A DNA stretch of 61,905 nucleotides from an uncultured Alphaproteobacteria bacterium (GCA_944391315.1 CALXTD010000006.1:1-61905), one strand, 5' to 3'; positions 31,036 through 41,544 are shown, counted from the stretch's first letter. Numbers and translations are program-made. Notes: generated by a model from the sequence alone, not told the origin.

Positions 31036-32397
31036 TTATACATCAATTTTATTTACAATGTCAATAAAATGCTGTCCTCTTTCCATAAAGTTTTTATATT
31101 TTCCAAAACTCGGTGAGGTCGGTGAAAATAACACAATCCCTCCTCCGTGTTTCATCAAACAAAAATATGCAAGAGAAACAGCTTCTTCCAGACTTTCGCT
31201 CTCGACTATCGACATATCTTTGCGGGTTATAACCTCTCTTAGTTTGGTGGCTATTTTGGGGCCGCACTGATACAAGGTTATGGCCATTTTGACCTTTGGG
31301 TGCGAATCGATATATTCGGCATAAGCGGTATAATCCTGCGTGTTTTCTTCTCCGCCCGAAATGATAACAATATTCTCATCAAAGCTCTTCATAGCGCCAA
31401 TGGCAGCTTCCGGTGCAGTTGAAATGCTGTCATTAATAAAGGTTACGCCATTTTTCACGGCTACATTTTGCAAACGATGAGCCAGAGGCTCAAAAGTCTT
31501 CAATGCCTCAACCGCTTTTTTGATATCAAGGCCTAAATAGTTAATAATTGAAAAGACACCGGCAAAATTTTCTAAATTATGGTCACCGAAGAGTTTCAAA
31601 TCTCTGATATCAACAAGCTCGGTTTTGTCTTCATAAAGCTTTTTGCCTTCGGCGTGAAAGCCGTTTTCTTCATTATATTTTACAATATTTTTATCATTAT
31701 ATTCCGATGCATAGTGCACAAGCTCAGCATTTCTGCCGTTGATAAAACATATGTCTCCTTCTTGCTGATTGGCAATCAAGTTCAACTTGTCACGGCAATA
31801 ATTTTCGTGCCCGTGGTGCCATTTATCATGAACAAAATATAGGTTTGTAAACATCGCAATATGCGGTGAAACGCTTAAATCAGCCGCTTGATAACTCGAT
31901 ACTTCGGCGATGAGATAGTCAAAGTCTTTATCCAAAAGCTCTATCAAAGGAACGCCGATATTTCCGCCCAGAACGGCTTTTTTGCCTTGCGCAATCAAAA
32001 TATGATAAAGAGCGCTGACGCTGGTGCTTTTTCCTTTTGAGCCGCTTATCGCTATGATTTTACTATCTGGCTTTTGCGCTCTTATTTCAGACAAGCATAT
32101 ATCGGTTGATGAAGTAAATTTTACGCCTCTTTCTTTGGCTTTTATAATCTCTTCTTTATACAAGCTCACACCCGGAGACTTGATTACAACATCAACCTCG
32201 TTGAGCAAGCTTTCTATCGCCTCGCCATCATAAGCCGGATACTGAGAAAATTCGGCAGAGATATCAATTTTTGAATCATTATAAATACAAATATTTTTAT
32301 CCAGCCCTCGGCGCGCCAAAAAGTGTAAAATTTCACGACCTTCCGCACCTAGTCCCCAGATTAAGATTTTTTTGTTTTCAAGTTCTTTAATCAGCAT
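31036..32397 (-). CDS. murD: UDP-MurNAc-L-Ala:glutamate ligase (MurD; MurD2-like signature)
   Basis: KSPGVS, GSKGKST, GGNIG, EVSSYQ, HRLQ, NDSIST, SP.SPSFG.Y.NF.ERG. Confidence 0.85.
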   Translation of the reverse strand: MLIKELENKKILIWGLGAEGREILHFLARRGLDKNICIYNDSKIDISAEFSQYPAYDGEAIESLLNEVDVVIKSPGVSLYKEEIIKAKERGVKFTSSTDICLSEIRAQKPDSKIIAISGSKGKSTSVSALYHILIAQGKKAVLGGNIGVPLIELLDKDFDYLIAEVSSYQAADLSVSPHIAMFTNLYFVHDKWHHGHENYCRDKLNLIANQQEGDICFINGRNAELVHYASEYNDKNIVKYNEENGFHAEGKKLYEDKTELVDIRDLKLFGDHNLENFAGVFSIINYLGLDIKKAVEALKTFEPLAHRLQNVAVKNGVTFINDSISTAPEAAIGAMKSFDENIVIISGGEENTQDYTAYAEYIDSHPKVKMAITLYQCGPKIATKLREVITRKDMSIVESESLEEAVSLAYFCLMKHGGGIVLFSPTSPSFGKYKNFMERGQHFIDIVNKIDV

Positions 32398-34870
32398 TTT
32401 TTGCGCCTTTTTTGTTTTTCTTTGAGGCATAGAACTGGCTTTCGGTTTCTTCTGAAACAACACTTCCCTGATGGACAACCAATTGTGCAAACGGAATCTC
32501 TATTCCTTCTTCATTGAAACGACGATTTATCTCATAACGAATATCGCTTGGAGCGGTAAAGCCGTCCCAGATATTGCTGACATAAAATCTTAGTTCAAAA
32601 TCCAAACTGCTGGCTCCAAAATTTTGGAACAAGACATAAGGTTCCGGCTTTTTCAAAACACGCTTATGGCTGGTAGCGCATTCCATTAAAATATCTTTTA
32701 CCTTTTCAACATCAGAACCATAAGCCACACCAACCGTGACGCTGTATCTGGCCCAATTATTGCTATGAGTTAAATTGGTTAATGATGTTGACAGCAAGGT
32801 AGCATTTGGCACAATCACACTGGCGCGGTTAAAGGTTTCAATCTCGGTAGAGCGGATATTAATTTGCTTAACTTTGCCTTCTTCGTTATTGATTTTTACC
32901 CAGTCACCAACTTTAATCGGGCGTTCAAACAACAAGATTATTCCCGATACAAAGTTATTGACCACATCTTGCAAACCTAAACCGATACCAACAGATAACG
33001 CACCGGCAATCAAGGCAAGATTGCCAAAGCTTCCACCCATCATCAGTAAAGCCAATATTGCCGCGATGATAAAGCTGATAAAGCTAAAACCGGATATCAA
33101 AGAGTGTTTAATGCCGTCATCAATATCCATTTTATCCAGCACGTTTGACACGGCATGGCGGCGCAATGCTTTCATTACAGTCAAAGTTACAAAAAATGTA
33201 ATAATACCAACAACGATTGATATTACGGAGACCTCAACATTACCAACCTTAAAGCCAAACAAGATTTTCTTTAAGCTTTGGAGCATCAAATCCGTCGAGA
33301 CGCCCCACATGCCCAATATCAACAAGGCGCCGGCAACAATAAATATCGGGTCAACAATCAGGGTTAACCAAAAGTCTATCTTGGTTATCAGGCGGCGGCG
33401 TAGCTTGAATGTTCTTGCCCAAAAGCGTAAAAATAATACACGGTGTAAAATTTCACTTACAGCACGGCGCAAGATTAAAAATATTCCAACAACCAACGCT
33501 GATCCGATAAATCGGTCAAATATAAATGATGATAGCCGCTGATAGCCAAACAGAGATAATGAAAAAACACCGATGCACAGTAATGATACGATAAAGGTAA
33601 TCTTTACCTTGGGATTAAGGTGCTCTTCATCGCTGATTTCTTCATCTGTCAGCTCTCTTGGCTGGATGTTATCATCGTCATCGGTTACCTGAACGTCATC
33701 CCATAACATGGTTTTTACAATCATGATGACGCTCAATCCTTTGACTGCACTGGATATGGCCATTATGTAATAGATGACATCCATTGAAGAATCTGTCTTA
33801 AAGGCAATGCGCTCAAAAAACGAACAAACCCCAATCACAGTAATAAAGAAATAGGCTACGCGGGTTAGTTTTTTAGCTTTTTCGGTTGAAATTTTTACCA
33901 AACGCCATGGCTCATTATACGGGGTTAAAGTCACACGTGTCAGCGCGCGGCAAATCACGATATAAAACAAGCAAACCAAAGCATTGGTCAAAGCTACGAA
34001 GAAGAAACTTCCTTTTAGAAGCTCGGCATTATAAACCCAATACAAAGCAGCGCCGATTAAACTTGCCGGTATAATTCCATAAGCTAAAGCAACAAAGATT
34101 GCGGCGCTCACCTTGCGACTGTATCTGATGCGGTCATCGTTGGTTTTATAACCAAAATACTTCATAATGAACAGGCGGAGATAGATACTGACGAGTAAGG
34201 TTAAAACCACCACCAAAATTACAGGTAAAATGTTGCTTTTAACGGAGTCTTTTCCTTCATCATTTAGATTTAGGTACCAATCAAACGGCGAGCTGGCTAT
34301 GTCGAAAAGCATGGTTGCTAACAACTTGTTTGCCGTATAAAAATTTTGAGGCAAAATCAGTGCTTCTTGCTTTTCCAGCAAACGGGATACCAGTGCCTGA
34401 TTGCGAACCTGAATTATCATTAAATCAAGCTCATCAATCTGTGTCAGCAAGATATCTGCTTCAGACAATCTGGCCTTTAGTGCAGAGGCTTCAGCGTTAA
34501 ACTCCGTACGTTTTTGAGCTATTTCTTTGACTTCTTTGCTTCCATCTTCCGGTGCCGCGCCTAAAGCTTCTATCTTTTTTTCTACAAACTGAAGCTCTTT
34601 TTCCGTTGACGTTTTGTAGTTGTTAATCGCATTTATAGTACGACTTAATCCATCTAAATATTCAGAGATGAGCGTGGAGCTGAGATTGCCTTCTTTGACA
34701 TTTTTCTCAACTTGTTGAAGTCTTTTATTGAGCTCATTATAGTTCAATTTGCCGTTTTTTACGATCTCAATTTCTGCTGGCTTAGTGCTAATTACTTCTG
34801 CATAAGCCATTGGCATAAAGTTAAAATATGATGCCATAAAAATCAACAAAGCCAGAATTCTCAGCTTCAT
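32387..34870 (-). CDS. Large MscS-family mechanosensitive channel (MscK-like)
   Basis: Coiled periplasmic N-terminus, many TMs, GALSVGIGLGLQ, FERPIKVGDW, VGVAYGSD. Confidence 0.88.
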   Translation of the reverse strand: MKLRILALLIFMASYFNFMPMAYAEVISTKPAEIEIVKNGKLNYNELNKRLQQVEKNVKEGNLSSTLISEYLDGLSRTINAINNYKTSTEKELQFVEKKIEALGAAPEDGSKEVKEIAQKRTEFNAEASALKARLSEADILLTQIDELDLMIIQVRNQALVSRLLEKQEALILPQNFYTANKLLATMLFDIASSPFDWYLNLNDEGKDSVKSNILPVILVVVLTLLVSIYLRLFIMKYFGYKTNDDRIRYSRKVSAAIFVALAYGIIPASLIGAALYWVYNAELLKGSFFFVALTNALVCLFYIVICRALTRVTLTPYNEPWRLVKISTEKAKKLTRVAYFFITVIGVCSFFERIAFKTDSSMDVIYYIMAISSAVKGLSVIMIVKTMLWDDVQVTDDDDNIQPRELTDEEISDEEHLNPKVKITFIVSLLCIGVFSLSLFGYQRLSSFIFDRFIGSALVVGIFLILRRAVSEILHRVLFLRFWARTFKLRRRLITKIDFWLTLIVDPIFIVAGALLILGMWGVSTDLMLQSLKKILFGFKVGNVEVSVISIVVGIITFFVTLTVMKALRRHAVSNVLDKMDIDDGIKHSLISGFSFISFIIAAILALLMMGGSFGNLALIAGALSVGIGLGLQDVVNNFVSGIILLFERPIKVGDWVKINNEEGKVKQINIRSTEIETFNRASVIVPNATLLSTSLTNLTHSNNWARYSVTVGVAYGSDVEKVKDILMECATSHKRVLKKPEPYVLFQNFGASSLDFELRFYVSNIWDGFTAPSDIRYEINRRFNEEGIEIPFAQLVVHQGSVVSEETESQFYASKKNKKGAKNAD

Positions 34871-34887
34871 CAGCCTTCTCCTTATTT

Positions 34888-35904
34888 TTAGTGGACTGTT
34901 TCTTGTGTTTGAAAGGCTTTCATTACCTGATAAGCATTTTTGGCTGCGCCGGAGTGCAAATTATCGGCAACGCACCAAAAGCTGATACCGTTTTCAACCG
35001 AAACATCTTGCCTGATGCGGCTGATGTAAATATCATCTTCGCCTTGAACATCAACCATGGTCACATAGCCGCCATCAACCGTTTTATCAAAAACAACAAC
35101 ACCTTCGGTCGTTTTCATTAATTTGCGTGCTTCATCGGCGTCAATTTCTTCCTCACATTCAACATTGACATATTCGGCCAAGCCGATAAAGGTCGGGATA
35201 ACCGCAAAGTTTGCATGGACTTTAACATTTCCGTTCAAAATCTTTTTGGTCTCGGCATTAACCGCCCATTCCCAGCTGGTTTCATCGCCGATAAATTCTC
35301 CGGCTTGAGGAATCACGTTAAACGCAATCTGTTTGTTGAAAACTTTTTGATGATCAACCAAGCTCTCGTTCATGAAAATTCGGCGGGTTTGATTAAACAG
35401 CTCGTCCATCGCCTCTTTGCCGTAAACCGAGGTTGAAATATAACCATTGACGACCAAGCGTTTGATTTTATATTTTTCGTTAATCGCTTTTAAGGGGATT
35501 AGCAACTGTGTTACTGCAGCCGAAGGAATGCTGACCAAGCCTTTTTTGGCGGTATTAATTTCTTCATCATTAACACCGGCAATAATCATCGGCACATCCG
35601 AATCGCTAAAATATGCTCCAGAGGCATCAACTGTTTTGACGCCGGCCTTCAATGCCTTTGAAATAAATCTTTTGGCGACCTCGGCGGTGGTGGCAAATAT
35701 AGCTATATCAACCTGCGAAAAGTCAAAACTTTCCAAGCCATGGACGTCAAGCTCATCATCTTCTCCGTAAGATACCTGTGTTCCCAGCGGGGCGTTAACA
35801 TCAACGGCCAAAACATCTGCGGCTTTTATGCCGTCGGCTTCCATGATGTCTAAAATTTCATGTCCGATACCTTCTAAGGCTCCGACAATCGCATATTTGC
35901 TCAT
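34888..35904 (-). CDS. Aspartate-semialdehyde dehydrogenase homologue lacking catalytic residues
   Basis: Asd fold motifs are retained (GKEAMDEL, QIAFNVIP, ETKKIL, RIRQD, WCVADNL..GAA.N), but NPNCS reads IPSAA and RVP..GH reads VIP..GL. Confidence 0.8.
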   Translation of the reverse strand: MSKYAIVGALEGIGHEILDIMEADGIKAADVLAVDVNAPLGTQVSYGEDDELDVHGLESFDFSQVDIAIFATTAEVAKRFISKALKAGVKTVDASGAYFSDSDVPMIIAGVNDEEINTAKKGLVSIPSAAVTQLLIPLKAINEKYKIKRLVVNGYISTSVYGKEAMDELFNQTRRIFMNESLVDHQKVFNKQIAFNVIPQAGEFIGDETSWEWAVNAETKKILNGNVKVHANFAVIPTFIGLAEYVNVECEEEIDADEARKLMKTTEGVVVFDKTVDGGYVTMVDVQGEDDIYISRIRQDVSVENGISFWCVADNLHSGAAKNAYQVMKAFQTQETVH

Positions 35905-36069
35905 TTCAAATTCCTTCCTTAATTTTTTACTTTACCTTTTTATATAACACAATTGTTTTTAAATTAATAATTTTTTTTACGAAAAGCAACAGCTTCCGCA
36001 CAGATTTTACTTTTAAGCACAAAAAAGCCCATGCTATGCACGGGCTTTTTAACTTTTGTCCGAAAGATA

Positions 36070-36468
36070 TTATTCGGCGCTCTTGTTCTCGTCTTTTGCT
36101 TTTGCAGCTGCTGACAAATCGTCGGCAATACGAGCAGAACGACCGCGCAATGCACGCAAGAAGTATAATTTTGCACGACGGACTTTACCGATACGTGATA
36201 CTTCAATCTTAGCAACATTCGGAGAATAAAGCGGGAATACTCTTTCTACGCCTTCGCCGAATGAAATTTTTCTAACGGTGAATGATGAATTCAAGCCATC
36301 ATTCTTGCGGGCAATGCAAACGCCTTCATATACCTGAATACGTTCTCTATCACCTTCTTTTACTTTGGTGTGAACTTTTAAGGTATCTCCCGGCTTGAAG
36401 TTCGGGATGTTTTTACCTTCGGTGAGCTTTGAAATTTGCTCTTTTTCGATGTTTTCCAATATATTCAT
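36070..36468 (-). CDS. rplS: 50S ribosomal protein L19
   Basis: [35 protein letters not shown]. Confidence 0.97.
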   Translation of the reverse strand: MNILENIEKEQISKLTEGKNIPNFKPGDTLKVHTKVKEGDRERIQVYEGVCIARKNDGLNSSFTVRKISFGEGVERVFPLYSPNVAKIEVSRIGKVRRAKLYFLRALRGRSARIADDLSAAAKAKDENKSAE

Positions 36469-36504
36469 GGTTCTTCCCTTTTTTAATTTTTTAACTTTAT
36501 ATAC

Positions 36505-37221
36505 CTAAACCTTTTTCAAATCAAGATATTTTTGATAAAGGTCCGGCCTTCTGGTTTTGGTTACTTCTATGGCTTGTTCTTGGCGCCATTTGGCTATGTT
36601 TTGATGATGTCCGCTTAACAAAACCTCCGGAACTTTGCGACCTTCCCAGTCTATCGGGCGGGTGTATTGCGGATGTTCCAGCAAGATGTTTTCAAAGCTC
36701 TCGTCGCTCAAGGAATCTTTATTTCCTAAAACTCCGGGGAGCAAACGGATAACCGCATCAAGCATGATTAGTGCTGCCTGCTCACCGCCGGTCAGGATAT
36801 AATCGCCTATGCTGATTTCCTCAACATTATAGGCTTCTAAAACTCGCTCATCTATCCCCTCAAAGCGGCTGCAGATGATGCTTAAGTTTTCTTCCGCGCT
36901 CAGCTCGTGAACTTTGCTTTGTGTCAGAGGAATTCCCCGAGGACTCATACTGATTATTCTTCCAGTTTTGTGGTTGGCTTTTATCGCCTCGCTCAAGATA
37001 TCGGCTCTCATAACCATTCCGGCGCCGCCTCCGCAAGGGGTGTCGTCAACCGATCCGTATTTGTCCTTGGCATAATCTCTGATATTGACAGTCTCTATTG
37101 ACCAAAGGCCTTCGCTTAGTGCCTTTCCGGTTAATGAATAGCCCAGAAACCCCGGAATGAGCTCCGGAAATATCGTGAACAACTTAACCTTCAGCACCGG
37201 CTTCGCCCTCTTCTTCGTCAA
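36505..37221 (-). CDS. trmD: tRNA (guanine-N1)-methyltransferase
   Basis: VDDTPCGGGAGMV, RFEGIDER, SIGDYILTGGE, YTRP. Confidence 0.96.
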   Translation of the reverse strand: MTKKRAKPVLKVKLFTIFPELIPGFLGYSLTGKALSEGLWSIETVNIRDYAKDKYGSVDDTPCGGGAGMVMRADILSEAIKANHKTGRIISMSPRGIPLTQSKVHELSAEENLSIICSRFEGIDERVLEAYNVEEISIGDYILTGGEQAALIMLDAVIRLLPGVLGNKDSLSDESFENILLEHPQYTRPIDWEGRKVPEVLLSGHHQNIAKWRQEQAIEVTKTRRPDLYQKYLDLKKV

Positions 37222-37729
37222 TAAAATTCATCAAAACACTTTCGACAATAATATAACCTTCTTTAATATTTACCTCGGGAACATAAGCCTTGCTAAAAGG
37301 TATCATCTCTTGACGACTGCTATCTTTCAGCCGCAGCTCCAAGACATCTCCCGCACCGAAGTTATAAACACCGATAACTTGTCCGACGACCTTGTCTTCT
37401 CCGGCCTGTTTAACTTCTAAACCGACCAAATCGTCAAGATAATATTCCTCTTCTTCCAAGTCCGGCAACTGGGTGCGATCAATGTAAAGCTCTATGCCTC
37501 TGAGGCCTTCCGCCGTGGTGCGGTCGTCAATGCCTTTTATCTTTACTCTTAACAGTTCCTTTGAATGTCCGGTGACTTTAATTTCAAACTTTTTGCCAAG
37601 CTTGTCTTCCACAAGACCATATTTATCAATATCCGTGTCTTTGGCGGTATAACTTTTGACTTTTACCTCTCCTCTGATCCCGTGGACACCGACAATCTTG
37701 CCCAGACATACTTTTTTTGCGTTTGTCAT
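37184..37729 (-). CDS. rimM: 16S rRNA processing protein RimM
   Basis: HGIRGEVKV, DLVGL, NFGAGDVLE; canonical operon position. Confidence 0.95.
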   Translation of the reverse strand: MTNAKKVCLGKIVGVHGIRGEVKVKSYTAKDTDIDKYGLVEDKLGKKFEIKVTGHSKELLRVKIKGIDDRTTAEGLRGIELYIDRTQLPDLEEEEYYLDDLVGLEVKQAGEDKVVGQVIGVYNFGAGDVLELRLKDSSRQEMIPFSKAYVPEVNIKEGYIIVESVLMNFIDEEEGEAGAEG

Positions 37730-37773
37730 TATTGTCTTCCGTTTGTCATAAAAATAACCTTAATCTTTAAGAA

Positions 37774-38142
37774 TTATTCAGCAGAAGAATTGGCTTCTTC
37801 AGCAGCAGCTTTTTCTTCTTTTTCTTTCATTCTCTCTAAGGCTTTTGCTTTAGGAGCAGATTTCTTTGGCTGATTGCGCAAAGCCGGAGCAGCGCACAAA
37901 CCCAAATTAGCAAAAAGCTTTTGCAGTCTTTCGGTCGGTTGAGCACCTTTTGAAATCCAGCTCTTTACTTTCTCAGCATCAACAACCAATCTCTCAGCGC
38001 TGTCTTTCGGAAGCAGAGGATTGTAGGTGCCTAATTTTTCAATGAATCTACCATCACGAGGAGCTCTTTGATCGGCCGCAACAATGCGATAAAACGGACG
38101 TTTCTTTGAACCACCGCGTGATAATCTGATACGTACTGCCAT
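37774..38142 (-). CDS. rpsP: 30S ribosomal protein S16
   Basis: [30 protein letters not shown]. Confidence 0.97.
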   Translation of the reverse strand: MAVRIRLSRGGSKKRPFYRIVAADQRAPRDGRFIEKLGTYNPLLPKDSAERLVVDAEKVKSWISKGAQPTERLQKLFANLGLCAAPALRNQPKKSAPKAKALERMKEKEEKAAAEEANSSAE

Positions 38143-38191
38143 TTTTATTTCCTTTCGTTGTGTTATTAAATTTCAAATTTCCGCCTTATGG

Positions 38192-39577
38192 CTAAAACGG
38201 AAACCTGTTGTTCATTCCGCCCGAAAAACCTCCGAACGGATTTTTCTTCATCATCATTTGAGCTGCCAAGCCTTTCATTCCGCCCAGCTTGCCCATTCTT
38301 TTCATCATTGTCGACATCTGCTCATAAGATTTGAGCAATTTGTTGACGTCATGAACTTCTACTCCGGCTCCTGTCGCTATTCTCTTTTTGCGAGAGGCTT
38401 TGATAATATCCGGCTCGCGGCGTTCCTTCTTGGTCATTGAAAGAATTATCGCCTCTTGCTTTTTTATCAAATTGTCGCCGACGCCTGATTCTTCAATCTG
38501 CGCTCTGAACTTTGACAGCCCCGGAATCATCCCCATCAAGCTGCCTAAGCTTCCAAGTTTTTGAACCTGACGCAGTTGAGTGAGCATGTCTTCAAGGTCA
38601 AACTTGCCTTTCATCATTTTTTTGGCAACTTCTTCCGCCTCTTCGCGGTCAATCTTTTCCATGGTCTTTTCAACCAAAGAAACGACATCGCCCTGACCTA
38701 AAATGCGTCCGGCCAAACGATCCGGATGAAAGGCCTCAAACTCATCAATTTTTTCGCCGGTTCCCAAATATTTTATCGGAGCGCCTGAAATCATACGCAT
38801 TGATAAAGCAGCACCGGCGCGAGACGAACCGTCTACTCTGGTCAGAACAATTCCGGTCACACCGACTTTATCATTAAACTCTTTGGCAACATTGCAAGCA
38901 TCTTGGCCTATCATTGAATCGGCAACCAGCAAGACTTCTGTCGGGTTGGTGATTTCTTTTATCCGAGCAACCTCGTCCATCAAAGCTTCATCTATATGCA
39001 GGCGACCGGCCGTATCTAAAATAATGACATCATAACTACCGCTCTTGCCTTGTTTCAGAGCGCGGCGGGCAATTTCCTCTGGCTTTTCCCCTTGAACAAT
39101 CGGCAAAGTGTCAACACCAATCTGCGCACCGAGCTGAGCTAATTGTTCTTGGGCGGCCGGACGATAAATATCCAAAGAAGCCAGCAAAATCTTTTTCTTG
39201 TTTTTCAACAAATTTGCGATTTTGGCCGAGGTTGTGGTTTTACCTGAACCTTGCAGACCGACCATCAAGACACATGCCGGCGGAACAGCTTTGAAATTAA
39301 GCTCGCTTTCATCCGAACCCAGAAGTTTGACCAGTTCATCATGGACAATCTTAACTACCATTTGCCCCGGCTGGATTGAGCGGACAACTTTTTCACCCAG
39401 TGCTTGTTCTTTAACCTGTGCGATAAAGCTGCGAACAACGGGAAGCGAAACATCTGCCTCCAGCAAGGCAACGCGAATTTCGCGCATAGCCTCGTCGATA
39501 TCTTTTTCATTAAGCACGCCGCGTGAGGTTATTTTTGAAAAGGCTGCGCTTAATTTATCCGTTAATCCGTCAAACAT
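38192..39577 (-). CDS. ffh: Signal recognition particle protein Ffh
   Basis: GLQGSGKTT, DTAGR, FHPDRLAGRILG, M-domain. Confidence 0.97.
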   Translation of the reverse strand: MFDGLTDKLSAAFSKITSRGVLNEKDIDEAMREIRVALLEADVSLPVVRSFIAQVKEQALGEKVVRSIQPGQMVVKIVHDELVKLLGSDESELNFKAVPPACVLMVGLQGSGKTTTSAKIANLLKNKKKILLASLDIYRPAAQEQLAQLGAQIGVDTLPIVQGEKPEEIARRALKQGKSGSYDVIILDTAGRLHIDEALMDEVARIKEITNPTEVLLVADSMIGQDACNVAKEFNDKVGVTGIVLTRVDGSSRAGAALSMRMISGAPIKYLGTGEKIDEFEAFHPDRLAGRILGQGDVVSLVEKTMEKIDREEAEEVAKKMMKGKFDLEDMLTQLRQVQKLGSLGSLMGMIPGLSKFRAQIEESGVGDNLIKKQEAIILSMTKKERREPDIIKASRKKRIATGAGVEVHDVNKLLKSYEQMSTMMKRMGKLGGMKGLAAQMMMKKNPFGGFSGGMNNRFPF

Positions 39578-39594
39578 CTTTTTCCTATAAGCTA

Positions 39595-39650
39595 TTGCAC
39601 GACAGTGGGCGAAAACTCGCTGACTGCCGGCACCCCGCAGAAGTGTAAAA
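39595..39650 (-). ncRNA. Candidate ffh leader RNA
   Basis: GC-rich island (plus strand gggcgaaaactcgctgactgccggcaccccg) just upstream of ffh; position matches the alphaproteobacterial ffh leader motif. Confidence 0.45.
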
Positions 39651-39812
39651 TCTCTTTCCTTTGGGAAAATCCTTTTTATTTACTTTGCGTTATAAAGATA
39701 TTTTTCATAAAAGTCAATAAGTTTTTTAGATTGTTTTCTCTTTTTTCCAAATATTTAAAACAAAAAAAAATGACATCAGGTTTGCCTGATGCCATTCTTT
39801 ACAGATTTTAGA

Positions 39813-40061
39813 TTACTTATTCCTTGTGCCACGGCGGTTAATTTTTGGCTTTTGGGAAACGCCGGACTGTAAGTTTTCTTTTTGCGGAACTTTTCTATCC
39901 ATATCAAACGCTCTGTCCGGTTTAGAATCTTCCTTGCTCTCCGGAGATGGAAGCAACGATTTCAGTCCTGTGAAAACTTGCGTCTTTTTCACGCAAACAA
40001 TACACAATACCAGCAGAAAAATTACCGCTGCAAAAACATAAAGTAAAAATACTGTTGTCAT
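39813..40061 (-). CDS. Small single-TM hypothetical protein
   Basis: Hydrophobic N-terminus, charged tail, terminator-like hairpin downstream (about 39766-39795). Confidence 0.5.
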   Translation of the reverse strand: MTTVFLLYVFAAVIFLLVLCIVCVKKTQVFTGLKSLLPSPESKEDSKPDRAFDMDRKVPQKENLQSGVSQKPKINRRGTRNK

Positions 40062-40141
40062 AATTATAAAAATTTTGAAGGTTAATAATAAAAGTTAATT
40101 ATAAAATTCTTATTTTTTTTCTAACATATTCCGAAGCTTTG

Positions 40142-40852
40142 TCAAGCGTTATCCTCAGCCTCATTTTGTGGTGTATGGTCTAACCCATAGCCGGTTGCAC
40201 GAACCGTACGAATATAGTCAGCCCCATATTCATTTAATGATTTTCTTAACCTTCTGATATGAACATCAACCGTGCGGGTCTCAACATAAATATTTGTTCC
40301 CCATACATTTTTAAGCAAATATTCTCGTGAAAATATTTTTCCCGGCGTTTCCATCATCATCTTCAAAAGTCTAAACTCCGTCGGCCCCAAGTGAATAAAA
40401 TTCTCTCCACGAAAGACTTTTTTTTCAACCAAATCCATGCGGATATCTTCAAAAACCAGTTCCGTTGCTGTTTGCGGTTCAGGCGCGCGCCTCATTTGCG
40501 CCTTTACTCTCGCGACCAACTCAGGAACCGAAAACGGTTTAGTCACATAATCATCAGCTCCGGCGGTCAGGCCTTTGATTTTATCTTCTTCTTCGCCTTT
40601 TGCGGTCAACATAATGACCGGAATATTTTTGATATCAGGCTTTGAACGCAGCAGCTTGCAAATTTCGACACCAGACATTTCAGGAAGCATCCAATCCAAA
40701 ATTATGACTGACGGCTGATGTTTTTCAATTTCGGCCAGCGCAATATTTCCGCGATTGATGCATTTTACCTGAAAGCCTTCTTTTTCCAGATTATACTTCA
40801 AAAGAAGCGCCAGAGCTTCCTCATCTTCTACAATCATCACTAAATTTGCCAT
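40142..40852 (-). CDS. phoB: OmpR/PhoB-family response regulator, PhoB-like
   Basis: ILDWMLP, HLGPTEFRLL, VETRTVDVHIRRLRK. Confidence 0.8.
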   Translation of the reverse strand: MANLVMIVEDEEALALLLKYNLEKEGFQVKCINRGNIALAEIEKHQPSVIILDWMLPEMSGVEICKLLRSKPDIKNIPVIMLTAKGEEEDKIKGLTAGADDYVTKPFSVPELVARVKAQMRRAPEPQTATELVFEDIRMDLVEKKVFRGENFIHLGPTEFRLLKMMMETPGKIFSREYLLKNVWGTNIYVETRTVDVHIRRLRKSLNEYGADYIRTVRATGYGLDHTPQNEAEDNA

Positions 40853-40902
40853 GATGTTCGTCCTTTTTATGTTAATTCATAGCCTAAGCTAACAGGTTTC
40901 TG

Positions 40903-41544
40903 TTAATTTTGCCTTAAGGCCTTGATATTTGCCTCATAATCATCTGTTGAAAATATGGCTGTTCCGGCAACCAGAATATCCGCCCCTGCTTTAATACATT
41001 CTGCCGCGGTTTCGGGATTAATTCCGCCATCAACTTCAAGTTCGATATCATAACCTGATATCATCTCTTTGATTCTAGCAATCTTTTCAAGCTGCGAATC
41101 GATAAAACTTTGTCCGCCGAAACCCGGATTGACACTCATTACCAAAACCAAATCAAGCTTATCCAGCACATATTCCAAAACGCTTTCCGGTGTTGCCGGA
41201 TTAAGCGAAACGCCGGCACGACACCCCAAAGAGCGAATTTCATCCAGCGCTTTATCCAAATGTGTTACCGCCTCAGCATGAACCGTTATTATATCTGCCC
41301 CAGCCGCGGCTATGGACGAAAGCATTTTCTCGGGATTAGTAACCATCAAGTGAGTATCAAAAACCAGCCTACTGCGCGGTCTTAGTTCTTTTATGACCGG
41401 TGCGCCAAAAGTTAAGTTTGGAACAAACACACCATCCATCACATCTAAATGCAGCATATCTGCGCCGGCGGCTTCCAGTCGGCGAATTTCTTCTTCCAGA
41501 TTTCCAAAGTCTGCCGATAAAAGGCTTGGAGCGATTTTTACCAT
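40903..41544 (-). CDS. rpe: Ribulose-phosphate 3-epimerase
   Basis: IAPSLLSADF, HLDVMDG, MSVNPGFGGQ, VDGG. Confidence 0.96.
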   Translation of the reverse strand: MVKIAPSLLSADFGNLEEEIRRLEAAGADMLHLDVMDGVFVPNLTFGAPVIKELRPRSRLVFDTHLMVTNPEKMLSSIAAAGADIITVHAEAVTHLDKALDEIRSLGCRAGVSLNPATPESVLEYVLDKLDLVLVMSVNPGFGGQSFIDSQLEKIARIKEMISGYDIELEVDGGINPETAAECIKAGADILVAGTAIFSTDDYEANIKALRQN

